Shown here piece by piece: positions 47,522 to 56,038 of a DNA stretch of 58,360 bases. The notes below the pieces were generated by a model. That model did not search any database and was not told the origin of the DNA. It saw only the letters and a list, made by a program, of their open reading frames with translations. Location: the NCBI GenBank assembly GCA_964373835.1, contig CAYJWN010000001.1, positions 1 through 58,360 of the forward strand, read 5' to 3'. Positions within the stretch are counted from its first letter, which is position 1, and each line of letters opens with the position of its first letter. The translations under genes were made by a program, and so were the position numbers. The stretch is from an uncultured Planctomycetales bacterium. GTDB taxonomy: Bacteria; Omnitrophota; Gorgyraeia; Aquiviventales; Aquiviventaceae.

Positions 47522-48603
47522 CGGACCGTCGAGCGCCCCGACAGATGCGCCACTTCGTACTCCCGGCAGAGCCGATCCAGCACTTCCATGGCGGCGGGCG
47601 TTGCCTGCGCGGCCGCAAACTGCCTGCGCAGGGATAGTTCGTCCGCCTCGGTTGCCCCCCTCTGAGGCGGCTGCCACCCGTTGTCTCGGTAGACCTTCAG
47701 TTCCAGACCGTCGGCGATCAGGCGTCGAGGTACGCGCTGCCGCCGCAATTCCCGTCGGGTCGCCGATGTCATGGTTGTCCCCATGACTCGTTCCAACTGG
47801 TGGAGGTACGGCCAAGGCTCCAAGACAAATTGTTCAAATGGGATCGTCACAATCCGCCCGGCCTGCGCAGCACTCACATGGTTCAGGATGGTGTTGCGCA
47901 GCCGTCCCAGGTGGTCGATAGCATAGATCACGCGGTCCATCTGATCGCAAGAGAGATAGCGCACCTCCCACCCTTGGGCGAACCACGGCACAGCCCGTTC
48001 CCCCGCCTCCACCCAGATGGTGAAATCTCGGACATCGGTCCCGTACCGCGCAATATAGAGAAACCACTGCTTGAGCATGTAGAGCGGATGTCGGACGACT
48101 TCAACGATCACGAGGCGATCGTCCAGCGCCTCGATCAGCGGCTCACTGATCGGCAGGAGATTATGCGTGATCAGATTCAGGATGGGCCGCTCGCGCGCGA
48201 TGCGTCGCATGCTCGCCTCCCCATCGGGCTGGAAGAGGCGCCGCAGATAGCGCCAGGCGCGTGGATGGCGAAACGCACTGGAGAGATCCGCCGGCCGGAA
48301 GTTCGTTTCCCGGGACGCCGACAGGTCATACAGATCCAAGTCCGTAAGCATACGTACCATCGCCACCGCCGCATCGTCGGTAATACGCCCCAGATACCGC
48401 AGCGCACAGATGTACTCGAGCGGGTAGTTGTACTTCTCCACTTCGACACGATCGAGCGCGCTGACGATCGCCGACAACAGCGTCTTGCCGCATCCCGGCA
48501 GCCCGTCCACACAGACCACGCGCTCCGCCAGATGAGGCGGCCGGATAACCCGCACCGTTTCGGCGGGAGCGCGCAGCGACGGCGCCTCGCTCGTGAGCGT
48601 CAT
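47518..48603 (-). CDS. P-loop protein, sulfotransferase- or kinase-like
   Basis: VCVDGLPGCGKTLLS (Walker A / PAPS 5-prime-phosphosulfate-loop-like), and later VVRHPLYMLKQW, which resembles the RDP-type 3-prime-phosphate motif of sulfotransferases. ATGA overlaps at both ends. Confidence 0.45.
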   Translation of the reverse strand: MTLTSEAPSLRAPAETVRVIRPPHLAERVVCVDGLPGCGKTLLSAIVSALDRVEVEKYNYPLEYICALRYLGRITDDAAVAMVRMLTDLDLYDLSASRETNFRPADLSSAFRHPRAWRYLRRLFQPDGEASMRRIARERPILNLITHNLLPISEPLIEALDDRLVIVEVVRHPLYMLKQWFLYIARYGTDVRDFTIWVEAGERAVPWFAQGWEVRYLSCDQMDRVIYAIDHLGRLRNTILNHVSAAQAGRIVTIPFEQFVLEPWPYLHQLERVMGTTMTSATRRELRRQRVPRRLIADGLELKVYRDNGWQPPQRGATEADELSLRRQFAAAQATPAAMEVLDRLCREYEVAHLSGRSTVR

Positions 48604-49232
48604 CGCACGCTGGCTCCCAGGGGTTCGGCCGCGGCCACGCGGCGCTTGCGGACCGGCGGGCGCTCGCGGGTTGCCGCGATGACGAGGTCGCAGACCGCCA
48701 GCAGCCAGATGTGGTGCGTCATCTCCACCACGTTGTACGAACGGCTGTTGACCCAGAAGTTCAGATCCCCTAACTGCCGGAGTGGATTCGTCGCCGCAAA
48801 GCCGGTCAAGGTCACCAGCCGCAGGCCGCGGCCCCGCGCGTAGCGGGCAGCATTGACCATGTTCATGGACTTGCCGCTGGAACTGATGAGAATGACGAGA
48901 TCACCCGAATCGGCATAGAACTCCAGCGCCTTCTCCACCCACCGCTCGTAGCCGAAGTCATTGGCCAGGCACGTAATCAGGTCGGTCTCGTTGAAGTTGA
49001 CGCAGCGGATCCCCGCGGCCTTCGTGAAGTCCACCGCGCAGTGGCTCGCCATGGCAGCGCTGCCACCGTTGCCCGCGATGATGACCTTGCGGCCTTTGAC
49101 ATGCGCCTCCACGATCATCGCCTTGAGGGCCACGAGCTGATCCAGGACCCCGCCCTGAAGGAGCATCGTCCGGAACCGCTCGAGGTGCTCCGCCAGCCAG
49201 CTGCGCTCGTCCCCCACCACCGTGTTAGCCAT
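48600..49232 (-). CDS. SIS-domain sugar phosphate isomerase (GmhA-like), second copy
   Basis: KVIIAGNGGSAAMASHCAVDFTK, ILISSSGKSMN. Confidence 0.75.
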   Translation of the reverse strand: MANTVVGDERSWLAEHLERFRTMLLQGGVLDQLVALKAMIVEAHVKGRKVIIAGNGGSAAMASHCAVDFTKAAGIRCVNFNETDLITCLANDFGYERWVEKALEFYADSGDLVILISSSGKSMNMVNAARYARGRGLRLVTLTGFAATNPLRQLGDLNFWVNSRSYNVVEMTHHIWLLAVCDLVIAATRERPPVRKRRVAAAEPLGASVR

Positions 49233-50265
49233 TGGCGTACACCTTGTCGACGAGCTTCATCAGCGTCAGCGCATCCCGCGACATCCCGATCGTCACGGGC
49301 CGGTTCTGCTCGATGGCGGCGAGGAAGTGCTCGACCTCGTAGCGCCACGAGTTGTTCACGTCGAACCGGAAGTGCTCCTCATCGCTCCACGTCGCCGCCG
49401 GCGCCGTCGTGCGGTTCTTCACCACGGTCATCACCTCTTCGCCATAGGTACCCGAACTGGTCAGGAGCCCGTTGATGACGATGTAGCCCTTCTCCAGGAA
49501 GATCTCCAGTGAGAAGAGGTGCCGCCACTGAGTCATCGTGGAATGCAGCGATGCCACCACCCCCTGCCGGTTGCGCAGGATGGCGAAGACGTTGTCCTCG
49601 ACGTCGAGCTTCCAGTAGAGGTTCGAGACGTACGCATGCACCTCGTCGAAGTCGCCCCCCATCAGCAGGAAGAGGTCCAGCATGTGGATGCCCTGGTCGA
49701 TGAGGATGCCGCCGCCCGCCAGCTCACGCTTGGCGCGCCAGGTGCTGTAAAAGCTCTCATCGACGCTCTTGCCGTAGCGGCCGCGCATCCACAGCAGCCG
49801 GCCGTAGACGCCTGAATCGACTAGCTCCTTGGCCTTCTTGATGCTGTCGTGGTGCCGGTGGTTGAATCCGTACATCAGCTTGGAGCCTGACGACCGCTCC
49901 GCCTCGATGACCGCTTCGACCTCGCGCGCGGTGAAGGCTGGGGGTTTTTCGCAGAAGACGTGCTTGCCCGCCTTGAGGGCGGCGATCGTCAGCGGCTGAT
50001 TGAAGGCGTTCGGAGTGCAGATGAACACCGCCTCCACCGCCGGGTCGGCCAGCAACGCGTCGGCGGTGGCGTAGCGCTGAACCTCGGGCAGCAGGACGGC
50101 GGGCTGGGGCTCTGCGATTGCCACGACCCGTCCCTTCCCGTTCTGCGCGATCACCTGATTGCGGATCTGTCCCATCGTGCCAAACCCGACGATGCCGATG
50201 TTGATCAGCCTGCGGCGCGCTTCCTGTGTCCTGGCCTTCGGGGTAGCAATCACCGACTCGGGCAT
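49225..50265 (-). CDS. Gfo/Idh/MocA-family oxidoreductase
   Basis: INIGIVGFGTMGQIRNQVIA, VFCEKPPA, GGILIDQGIHMLD. GGGAGGTGG lies 5 nt upstream of ATG 50265. Confidence 0.8.
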   Translation of the reverse strand: MPESVIATPKARTQEARRRLINIGIVGFGTMGQIRNQVIAQNGKGRVVAIAEPQPAVLLPEVQRYATADALLADPAVEAVFICTPNAFNQPLTIAALKAGKHVFCEKPPAFTAREVEAVIEAERSSGSKLMYGFNHRHHDSIKKAKELVDSGVYGRLLWMRGRYGKSVDESFYSTWRAKRELAGGGILIDQGIHMLDLFLLMGGDFDEVHAYVSNLYWKLDVEDNVFAILRNRQGVVASLHSTMTQWRHLFSLEIFLEKGYIVINGLLTSSGTYGEEVMTVVKNRTTAPAATWSDEEHFRFDVNNSWRYEVEHFLAAIEQNRPVTIGMSRDALTLMKLVDKVYANG

Positions 50266-51356
50266 CGCACCACCTCCCGACAGTCTCTCAACGTCTGCAG
50301 ATACTCACGGCACGCCCCCCTCAGCCGCTCGTCATTGCGGTATCGGTCGCGGAAGACCTGCCCTGGTCCGCGGAGGAGGATGAGGGTCAGCGCGTCCTCC
50401 GTGTTCTTTTTATCGCGGCTGAGGGCGGTGAAAAACCGCTCCTCCGGCAGCGGGGTCTGCTCAAAGCCGGCGTAGTTGGCGGCCAGCAGCGGGTGCAGCT
50501 CGTCGTACGCCGCCGGCTGCAAGAACCCGAACTGCACAGAGAGGAAGTTTGCCAGATCCATGCCGATCGTGACCGCGATGCCGTGCGGCACGGCGTAGTC
50601 CGTCGCGCTCTCAATCGCGTGGCCGAAGCTGTGGCCGTAGTTCATCACCAGCCGCTCGGCCCGGTCGAACTCATCCGCCTCGATCTTGGCCTTCTTGATC
50701 TCCAGCGAGCGTCGGAGGTAGTGCGTCATGAGATCGGAGTCGTGCAGGAGCCGCGGGTAGTCGGCCGCGATGGCGCGCGCGTCCTCCCAGCCGGCGATGA
50801 TGTGGACCTTGATCATCTCCCCAACGCCCGAGCGTACGTCAGCCTCTGGCAGGGTCTTGAGCACCTCGGTTGAGATGACGATGTCGTCCGGCGGCGTGAA
50901 CGTGCCAAGCTGGTTCTTGTAGCCACCGACGTTCAGCGAAGATTTAGACCCGATGCAGCTATCCGCCTGAGCCAGAAGCGTTGTGGGGTAGAACCGCCAG
51001 CGGAGCCCCCGTAGCAGCGTGGCGGCAAGAAACGCGGTGATGTCCTGAACGATCCCCCCGCCCACAGCAATGAGCCGGTGGGTCCGCCGAATCCCCTTCT
51101 CCAGCAGGAACGTCACGTACGCCGGCAACTGCTCCAGCGATTTATTGGCCTCCGTCGGCTCAATCTGCAAGACCGACCGGCTAGCTAGTGCCCGCGCCAG
51201 GCGGCCCTCGTAGAGCCGGGCCACGCGCGCATCGATGAGCAGGTGCTCGTCGGCCCCCACACCCCCCTCCAGCCCGGCGAACGCCGGCCCGAACCGAACC
51301 GTGTACGGCCCGCGGTGCGACTGAATCACCAGATCACGCACAGACAAATCCTCCAT
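50250..51356 (-). CDS. 3-dehydroquinate synthase-like sugar phosphate cyclase superfamily protein
   Basis: LIAVGGGIVQDITAFLAATLLRGLRWRFYPTTLLAQADSCIGSKSSLN, GVGEMIKV, NYGHSFGHAIES...PHGIAVTIGM (DHQS metal/NAD motifs). First ATG at 51356; the ORF-track start at 51362 is TTG. Confidence 0.8.
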   Translation of the reverse strand: MEDLSVRDLVIQSHRGPYTVRFGPAFAGLEGGVGADEHLLIDARVARLYEGRLARALASRSVLQIEPTEANKSLEQLPAYVTFLLEKGIRRTHRLIAVGGGIVQDITAFLAATLLRGLRWRFYPTTLLAQADSCIGSKSSLNVGGYKNQLGTFTPPDDIVISTEVLKTLPEADVRSGVGEMIKVHIIAGWEDARAIAADYPRLLHDSDLMTHYLRRSLEIKKAKIEADEFDRAERLVMNYGHSFGHAIESATDYAVPHGIAVTIGMDLANFLSVQFGFLQPAAYDELHPLLAANYAGFEQTPLPEERFFTALSRDKKNTEDALTLILLRGPGQVFRDRYRNDERLRGACREYLQTLRDCREVVRCPSR

Positions 51357-52086
51357 CAACAATAATCTGCTGGCCGGTCAGGTACGAGTTGTCTTCACTG
51401 ACGAGAAACCGCACGTAGCGCGCCAGTTCCTCTGGACGGGCCAACCGTCCGATCGGGATCAGTCGGACCATCTCGGCAATCCCCTGTTCACCCAACACAT
51501 GGTGCGTCATATCGGTGTCGACGAACCCTGGAGCCAGACAATTTACCAGGACGTTATGAGCAGCAACTTCCAAAGCAAGCGCCCGGCTGAGCCCAAACAG
51601 ACCAAACTTGCTGGCTGAGTAGGCTGCACGTCCCGCTTTGCTGACCACACCAAAAATTGAAGTAATATTGACAATCCGTCCGAATCTACGCCGGCACATG
51701 CCTGGCACCACGGCCTGGCAGAACCTAAATGGCGCCACCACGTTCACCTGCTGGATCCGCAGGAAGTCTTCAAGCGCATAGGTGGTGGTGGGCCCTGCCT
51801 TGTTGATGCCCGCGTTATTGACGAGGATGGACAGTTCCATCTCCGCAACGGCTCGTAGAAGAGCGTCCAACTGCCCAGTGTCTGAGAAATCGCAGTTCAC
51901 GTACCGGCAGCGTGCGGGGAACTTGCCCTGTGGTGAGGTGCCGGTCACGGTGACGTCAAGACCGGCCTTGACAAGTTCCGCCGCGACCGCGGCCCCAATC
52001 CCACGGGTACCCCCGGTAACAAGCGCCTTCTTCAGACGTGGTGTGGACCGAGCAGAAATCCGCCGCACCTTAGTTGCTGTGCTCAT
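51334..52086 (-). CDS. Short-chain dehydrogenase/reductase (FabG-like)
   Basis: KKALVTGGTRGIGAAVAAEL, NNAG, YSASKFGLFGLSRALALE. Confidence 0.8.
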   Translation of the reverse strand: MSTATKVRRISARSTPRLKKALVTGGTRGIGAAVAAELVKAGLDVTVTGTSPQGKFPARCRYVNCDFSDTGQLDALLRAVAEMELSILVNNAGINKAGPTTTYALEDFLRIQQVNVVAPFRFCQAVVPGMCRRRFGRIVNITSIFGVVSKAGRAAYSASKFGLFGLSRALALEVAAHNVLVNCLAPGFVDTDMTHHVLGEQGIAEMVRLIPIGRLARPEELARYVRFLVSEDNSYLTGQQIIVDGGFVCA

Positions 52087-52119
52087 GGGTGGACGTGTTC
52101 ACGTGAGCCATGATCAACC

Positions 52120-53940
52120 TCAGACATATAACTTGGCGTACTCCCCTTGCACATGCATTAATGCCTCGTGTGTTCCGTTTTCAATAATCCGCCCGCCTTG
52201 TAGGAGCACAATCTGATCAGCCCCTTTAATCGTGCTGAGTCGATGAGCAATTACAATGACCACCGTGTCCTTGCGGAATGATTCGATGGACACGTACACG
52301 GCTTTTTCCGTCAGATTGTCGAGCGCGCTGGTGGCTTCATCAAAGATCAAGACTTCCGGCCGCCTCAAGATGGCCCTGGCAATCGACAATCGCTGGCATT
52401 GTCCGCCGGACAGCTTGACTCCGCGGTCTCCCACAACAGTCTCATAGCCCTCAGGCAAGCTCAAAACGAACTCGTGGAGCTGGGCGAGCCTCGCCGCCCA
52501 CTCGACTTCTTCTTGAGTCACGGCGCTATCCCACAGGGCGATGTTTTGGCGCACGCTTTCGTTAAACAGGAACACGTCCTGCGGGACGTAGCCAATCTTC
52601 CGACGCCACGCCGCTAAGTCCAACTCTTCAAGGTCGATCCCATTGACGAGGATCTTGCCTGACGTGGGGCGGAACAACCTCATGAGCAGGTTCGCCAACG
52701 TACTTTTGCCTGACCCGGTTGGGCCGACGATTGCCGTGATTTCTCCACGGGTCATCTTCATGTTGAGACCCGTGAGGACCATCGGAAGCGCCGGTCCATA
52801 TTGAAAAGCCAGGTCCACCAACTGCAATTCCTTCACCCGTCCGCTCCGTAACCCTCCCCGTGGCTCCGTCGGTGTGGACTCCAGGATCTCCTCGATCACT
52901 TCCACATGTCGCCACTCACTCCGTAATTGAACGTTGGTTGAATGGACCGTCGCAAAAAGCGGGCTCAGACGCCTCAAGGCCACAAAGAAGACCACGATCT
53001 CGGAAAATTGCATGTGAACCCACCGCCAACCCAACGTGATGCCTGCCAACGCAATCACCACAATCCCAACGACCACTTCGTTCAAGCAGTTCGTGCCATG
53101 CTTCAGCCAGACCAAGCGCCGCCGCGGCACGAGCTCGCCAGCCAAGACCGATTCCTGCTGCGCAACAACGCTGGCTGCCAGCCCATGCGCCTTCATGATC
53201 TTGAGCCCATCAATCGCATCGACATCGATTTCGTTTTCCTTGGTATTGAGCTCATAAATCTGACGTCCGCACTCCGAAGATTTTCGGTCGACCGTGCCCC
53301 GCCACACCTGCACCCAGACCAATGCCGTGACACCCACGCCCAACGTTGCCCACCATGAGAGATAGAGCATCAACCCAACCAGGACGAAGCCGTTGAATGC
53401 CGATGAGAGGAGTATGAATGTCAAGTAGATGAAGTTATACATCGACCTGGAAGGCGTGTTGACGTCAAAGAGAATCGATCCACGGCCCTTCGCCAGCAAA
53501 TACCCGTACTCAGCCTCCAGCATCTTGGTCAGCAAGGTGAGCTTGAATTCGCGGCGGAGCTTCTGGGCGATCACTGTCCCAACATACTGTTGGATCGAAA
53601 AGAATGCACTGCGCAGGATGGCCATGCTCGTGACCATGGCCAAGAAGACAAAAAGGATGATGTTCGTGGTCGTGCTCAGCCCTACCGCCTTCATCGCTGA
53701 GACCACCATGACGACAATTCGGTTCTCTGATGCGCGTTCCGACTTCATTGCAATATCGAGCAGCGGCACGCCAAGCCCCACCGTGGTCATCTCCAGCATC
53801 GCGACCGCAAGCATCAGCCCAAACACGGTTGCGAACTGCCACAGATGAGGACGGATCGCCGCCCTCCAGTAAAACCCCTGGAACCACCGGCGCGGAAACA
53901 AGACCGCGCGTCGAAGCAACTGACTAATTGGCTCTCGCAT
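52120..53940 (-). CDS. Fused TMD-NBD ABC exporter (MsbA/PglK-like half transporter)
   Basis: Six-helix N-terminal TMD. Walker A GPTGSGKSTLANLL, signature LSGGQCQRLSIARAIL, Walker B LIFDEATSALD. No clear SD before ATG 53940. Confidence 0.85.
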   Translation of the reverse strand: MREPISQLLRRAVLFPRRWFQGFYWRAAIRPHLWQFATVFGLMLAVAMLEMTTVGLGVPLLDIAMKSERASENRIVVMVVSAMKAVGLSTTTNIILFVFLAMVTSMAILRSAFFSIQQYVGTVIAQKLRREFKLTLLTKMLEAEYGYLLAKGRGSILFDVNTPSRSMYNFIYLTFILLSSAFNGFVLVGLMLYLSWWATLGVGVTALVWVQVWRGTVDRKSSECGRQIYELNTKENEIDVDAIDGLKIMKAHGLAASVVAQQESVLAGELVPRRRLVWLKHGTNCLNEVVVGIVVIALAGITLGWRWVHMQFSEIVVFFVALRRLSPLFATVHSTNVQLRSEWRHVEVIEEILESTPTEPRGGLRSGRVKELQLVDLAFQYGPALPMVLTGLNMKMTRGEITAIVGPTGSGKSTLANLLMRLFRPTSGKILVNGIDLEELDLAAWRRKIGYVPQDVFLFNESVRQNIALWDSAVTQEEVEWAARLAQLHEFVLSLPEGYETVVGDRGVKLSGGQCQRLSIARAILRRPEVLIFDEATSALDNLTEKAVYVSIESFRKDTVVIVIAHRLSTIKGADQIVLLQGGRIIENGTHEALMHVQGEYAKLYV

Positions 53941-54147
53941 GAGATTGGGTGATCATTCGATAGATCGGCATGACATCACGTGGGAGGGCAAGCCCTCTGC
54001 GCCAAAGAGCATGAGGTCGTACACGACGACCGAGTAGCCGGCCGCCGGCAAGTTTGGGGACCAACACCGTTCCTCGACCAGTGGCCATCGTGATCACTGA
54101 CACGCTTTCATGTGAGATGAGGGAAACACAGATGTGGACCCGTCCCC
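53941..54147 (-). promoter_or_regulatory. Only sizeable non-coding gap in the window; candidate promoter/leader for the about 54-kb array
   Basis: This 207 nt lies between the transaldolase stop (TAA 54148-54150) and the ABC exporter start. I could not identify a convincing -35/-10 pair by eye. Confidence 0.3.
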
Positions 54148-54891
54148 TTAGGACACGGTGGAGGGTGCGGACAGCTCAAGGCGCAGCCCAGCCTTCACGG
54201 CATCCTGTCGGAACATCCGGACAGTCTCCACTGAAAATTCCGTGAGGTCCTTGCCGACCAGCGGGAGTTTGGCCAGCACCTCGCTCGTGGCGGTAATGAT
54301 GTGGCAGCCCACCGCCTCCGCCTGGAAGATGTTCAGCAGCTCCCGCGGGCTGGCCCAGATGAGTTCCATGCGCGGGCGGGCACGCATGATCCGAAGGGAC
54401 TCGGCGACCAGCGGCACGGGATCGCGACCGGTATCAGCGATCCGTCCGGCAAAGATGGAGATGTAGCTGCTCAGCTCTTCGGCCATACAGGCGGTGATGT
54501 CAGCGACTTGTTGTGGCGTCATCACGGCCGTCACATTGAGTTTGACGCCCGCCGCGGAGAGCTTGCGGATCAGCGGGCCGGAGAATTCGCCACACGTGTT
54601 CGTCACGGGAATTTTCACGTAGACGTTGCCCCCCCACGAGGCGATCTCGCGCGCCTGCCGCTCCATATCCGCGAAGTCGTCCGAGAATACCTCAAAGGAA
54701 ATCGGCCGGTCCGCAATGAGGGCCAGCACCTCGCGCGCGAAGCGGCCGTAGTCGCGGACACCCCCTTTGCGCATCAGCGTCGGGTTCGTAGTAAACCCCG
54801 TGATCAGCGGATTCCTGGCCAGCTCCGCCATCGTCGTCAAATCGGTCCCGTCGGCGAACAGCTTGACGTGCAATTCGCGCACACCGCTCAT
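54148..54891 (-). CDS. Transaldolase/fructose-6-phosphate aldolase family protein (short TalC/FSA-like type)
   Basis: LFADGTDLTTMAELARNPLITGFTTNPTLM, VYVKIPVT (Schiff-base Lys), SIFAGRIADTG. GGGGAG lies 6-7 nt upstream of ATG 54891. Confidence 0.75.
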   Translation of the reverse strand: MSGVRELHVKLFADGTDLTTMAELARNPLITGFTTNPTLMRKGGVRDYGRFAREVLALIADRPISFEVFSDDFADMERQAREIASWGGNVYVKIPVTNTCGEFSGPLIRKLSAAGVKLNVTAVMTPQQVADITACMAEELSSYISIFAGRIADTGRDPVPLVAESLRIMRARPRMELIWASPRELLNIFQAEAVGCHIITATSEVLAKLPLVGKDLTEFSVETVRMFRQDAVKAGLRLELSAPSTVS

Positions 54892-54934
54892 CGGTTGCTC
54901 CCCTGTAGGTGACGATCCAGGAACACGGTCCGGT

Positions 54935-55648
54935 TCATGGCATCTCTGATGCGGTCGTCGCCGCGAGGGCCGGCGTCGGCGTGGGAAACGAGGAGACAAC
55001 CTCCAGCCGTTCATCAGGCAGGGGTGTCGTCGACAAGGACGGCATGCCGGGCATGGGCAGCACGATCATCCGCTCATGGGAGATGCCCAGTGAGAAGAAC
55101 CGCTGCAGGCCTGATGCCATATCGGACAATGAGGAGATGATCAGCCGGTCATAGGCGGAAGGTGGGATCTCTTCGATGCGCTGGACAGGATGCCCCAGAA
55201 AGTGCTGTCGAACGGTGGACTCATCGACGACGCCGACAAGCTCCAGGCCGATTTCTCGAATGATCAGGAAGGCGATCTCGGCCAGCTCCCCGGTCCCATA
55301 CAGCAGGACGCGATGGTGGCCGGTCTGGGCCAGGATGGCGAGCTGCTCGCGCAAGCAATGCCGCACCCGGCCGTACAACTGAAGGGAATACTGAATGAAT
55401 TCGTAGGTCAGGCGGGATTTTTCGAGAATGCCCGTCGGGGTGATCAGGTAGCGAATCCGATTGGGCTTGGTTCCGCTGATCTTGATGTAACCTTTCTTCA
55501 CTAGGCGCCGTAGCATCAAGTTGGCCAGCCCCAGCGCCACGCCGATCCGCTTGGCCAGTTCCCGTTGGGTGGCGCTCGGATTCTGCGTCACTTCCTCAAG
55601 GAGCGACATGTCCCGATAGGAGCTCGGCTCCATGCGGCCTCCAGTCAT
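54935..55648 (-). CDS. Winged-helix DNA-binding protein fused to a Rossmann-like domain (putative regulator)
   Basis: [33 protein letters not shown] (wHTH), then [35 protein letters not shown] overlap at 55645-55648. Confidence 0.6.
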   Translation of the reverse strand: MTGGRMEPSSYRDMSLLEEVTQNPSATQRELAKRIGVALGLANLMLRRLVKKGYIKISGTKPNRIRYLITPTGILEKSRLTYEFIQYSLQLYGRVRHCLREQLAILAQTGHHRVLLYGTGELAEIAFLIIREIGLELVGVVDESTVRQHFLGHPVQRIEEIPPSAYDRLIISSLSDMASGLQRFFSLGISHERMIVLPMPGMPSLSTTPLPDERLEVVSSFPTPTPALAATTASEMP

Positions 55649-55860
55649 GCGCGGCCGCTTTCCTTCCGAAACCAGCTGATGGTGCGCTGCAGTCCCTCAT
55701 CTAACCCGATTTTCGGCTCCCAGGAGAGCTGTTGTCGCGCGCAGGTCAGGTCCGGCCGCCGGTGCTTGGGATCGTCCACCGGCAGGAGACGGAACTCGAT
55801 GCGGCTTCCCGTGACGGGCACGGGCTTCAGGACCGTCAGGGCTAGCTCGCGGGAGTCCCA
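55645..55860 (-). pseudogene. 3-prime remnant (about 70 codons) of a second, divergent UDP-glucuronate decarboxylase-like gene
   Basis: [60 protein letters not shown] parallels [62 protein letters not shown] of the intact gene at 56459. No N-terminal part is present in any frame. Confidence 0.6.
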
Positions 55861-55939
55861 GAGCTTTTTCAGCCGAAGCGAGGCGAGCCCGCGCGTGGGC
55901 TGAATGACAAACGTCGCCTGTTGGCTCATGGGCTGCGCC

Positions 55940-56038
55940 TCACAAACGCCGATAGGTGCGCTCCCGGAATGCCAAAAGCTTCGCCAGATCTTCCGCAATG
56001 AGCTGCAGCTTGCGCTGCACGAACTCAGGGCGCACCAT
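55940..56038 (-). pseudogene. Truncated HepT/HEPN (DUF86) toxin remnant, 32 codons
   Basis: My own translation gives ATG GTG CGC CCT GAG TTC GTG CAG CGC AAG CTG CAG CTC ATT GCG GAA GAT CTG GCG AAG ... TGA, i.e. [32 protein letters not shown]. It starts inside the last 14 nt of the nucleotidyltransferase gene, as in mntA-hepT pairs. It resembles HepT N-terminal helices, but the Rx4-6H part is missing. Confidence 0.45.

Noticed and set aside
50250-51356. DHQS-like gene as shikimate-pathway aroB
   Set aside because: No aroK or other aro neighbours are present. The gene is overlapped on both sides with sugar-modifying oxidoreductases inside a glycan array. This cannot be excluded without phylogeny, so it is also raised as a finding with an explicit refutation test.
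53984-53997. Inverted repeat GAGGGC-AA-GCCCTC in the 207-nt non-coding gap
   Set aside because: The stem is at most 5 bp once a viable loop is allowed, and it has no U-tract and no partner repeat. It could be chance in GC-rich DNA. I could not identify -35/-10 elements either.
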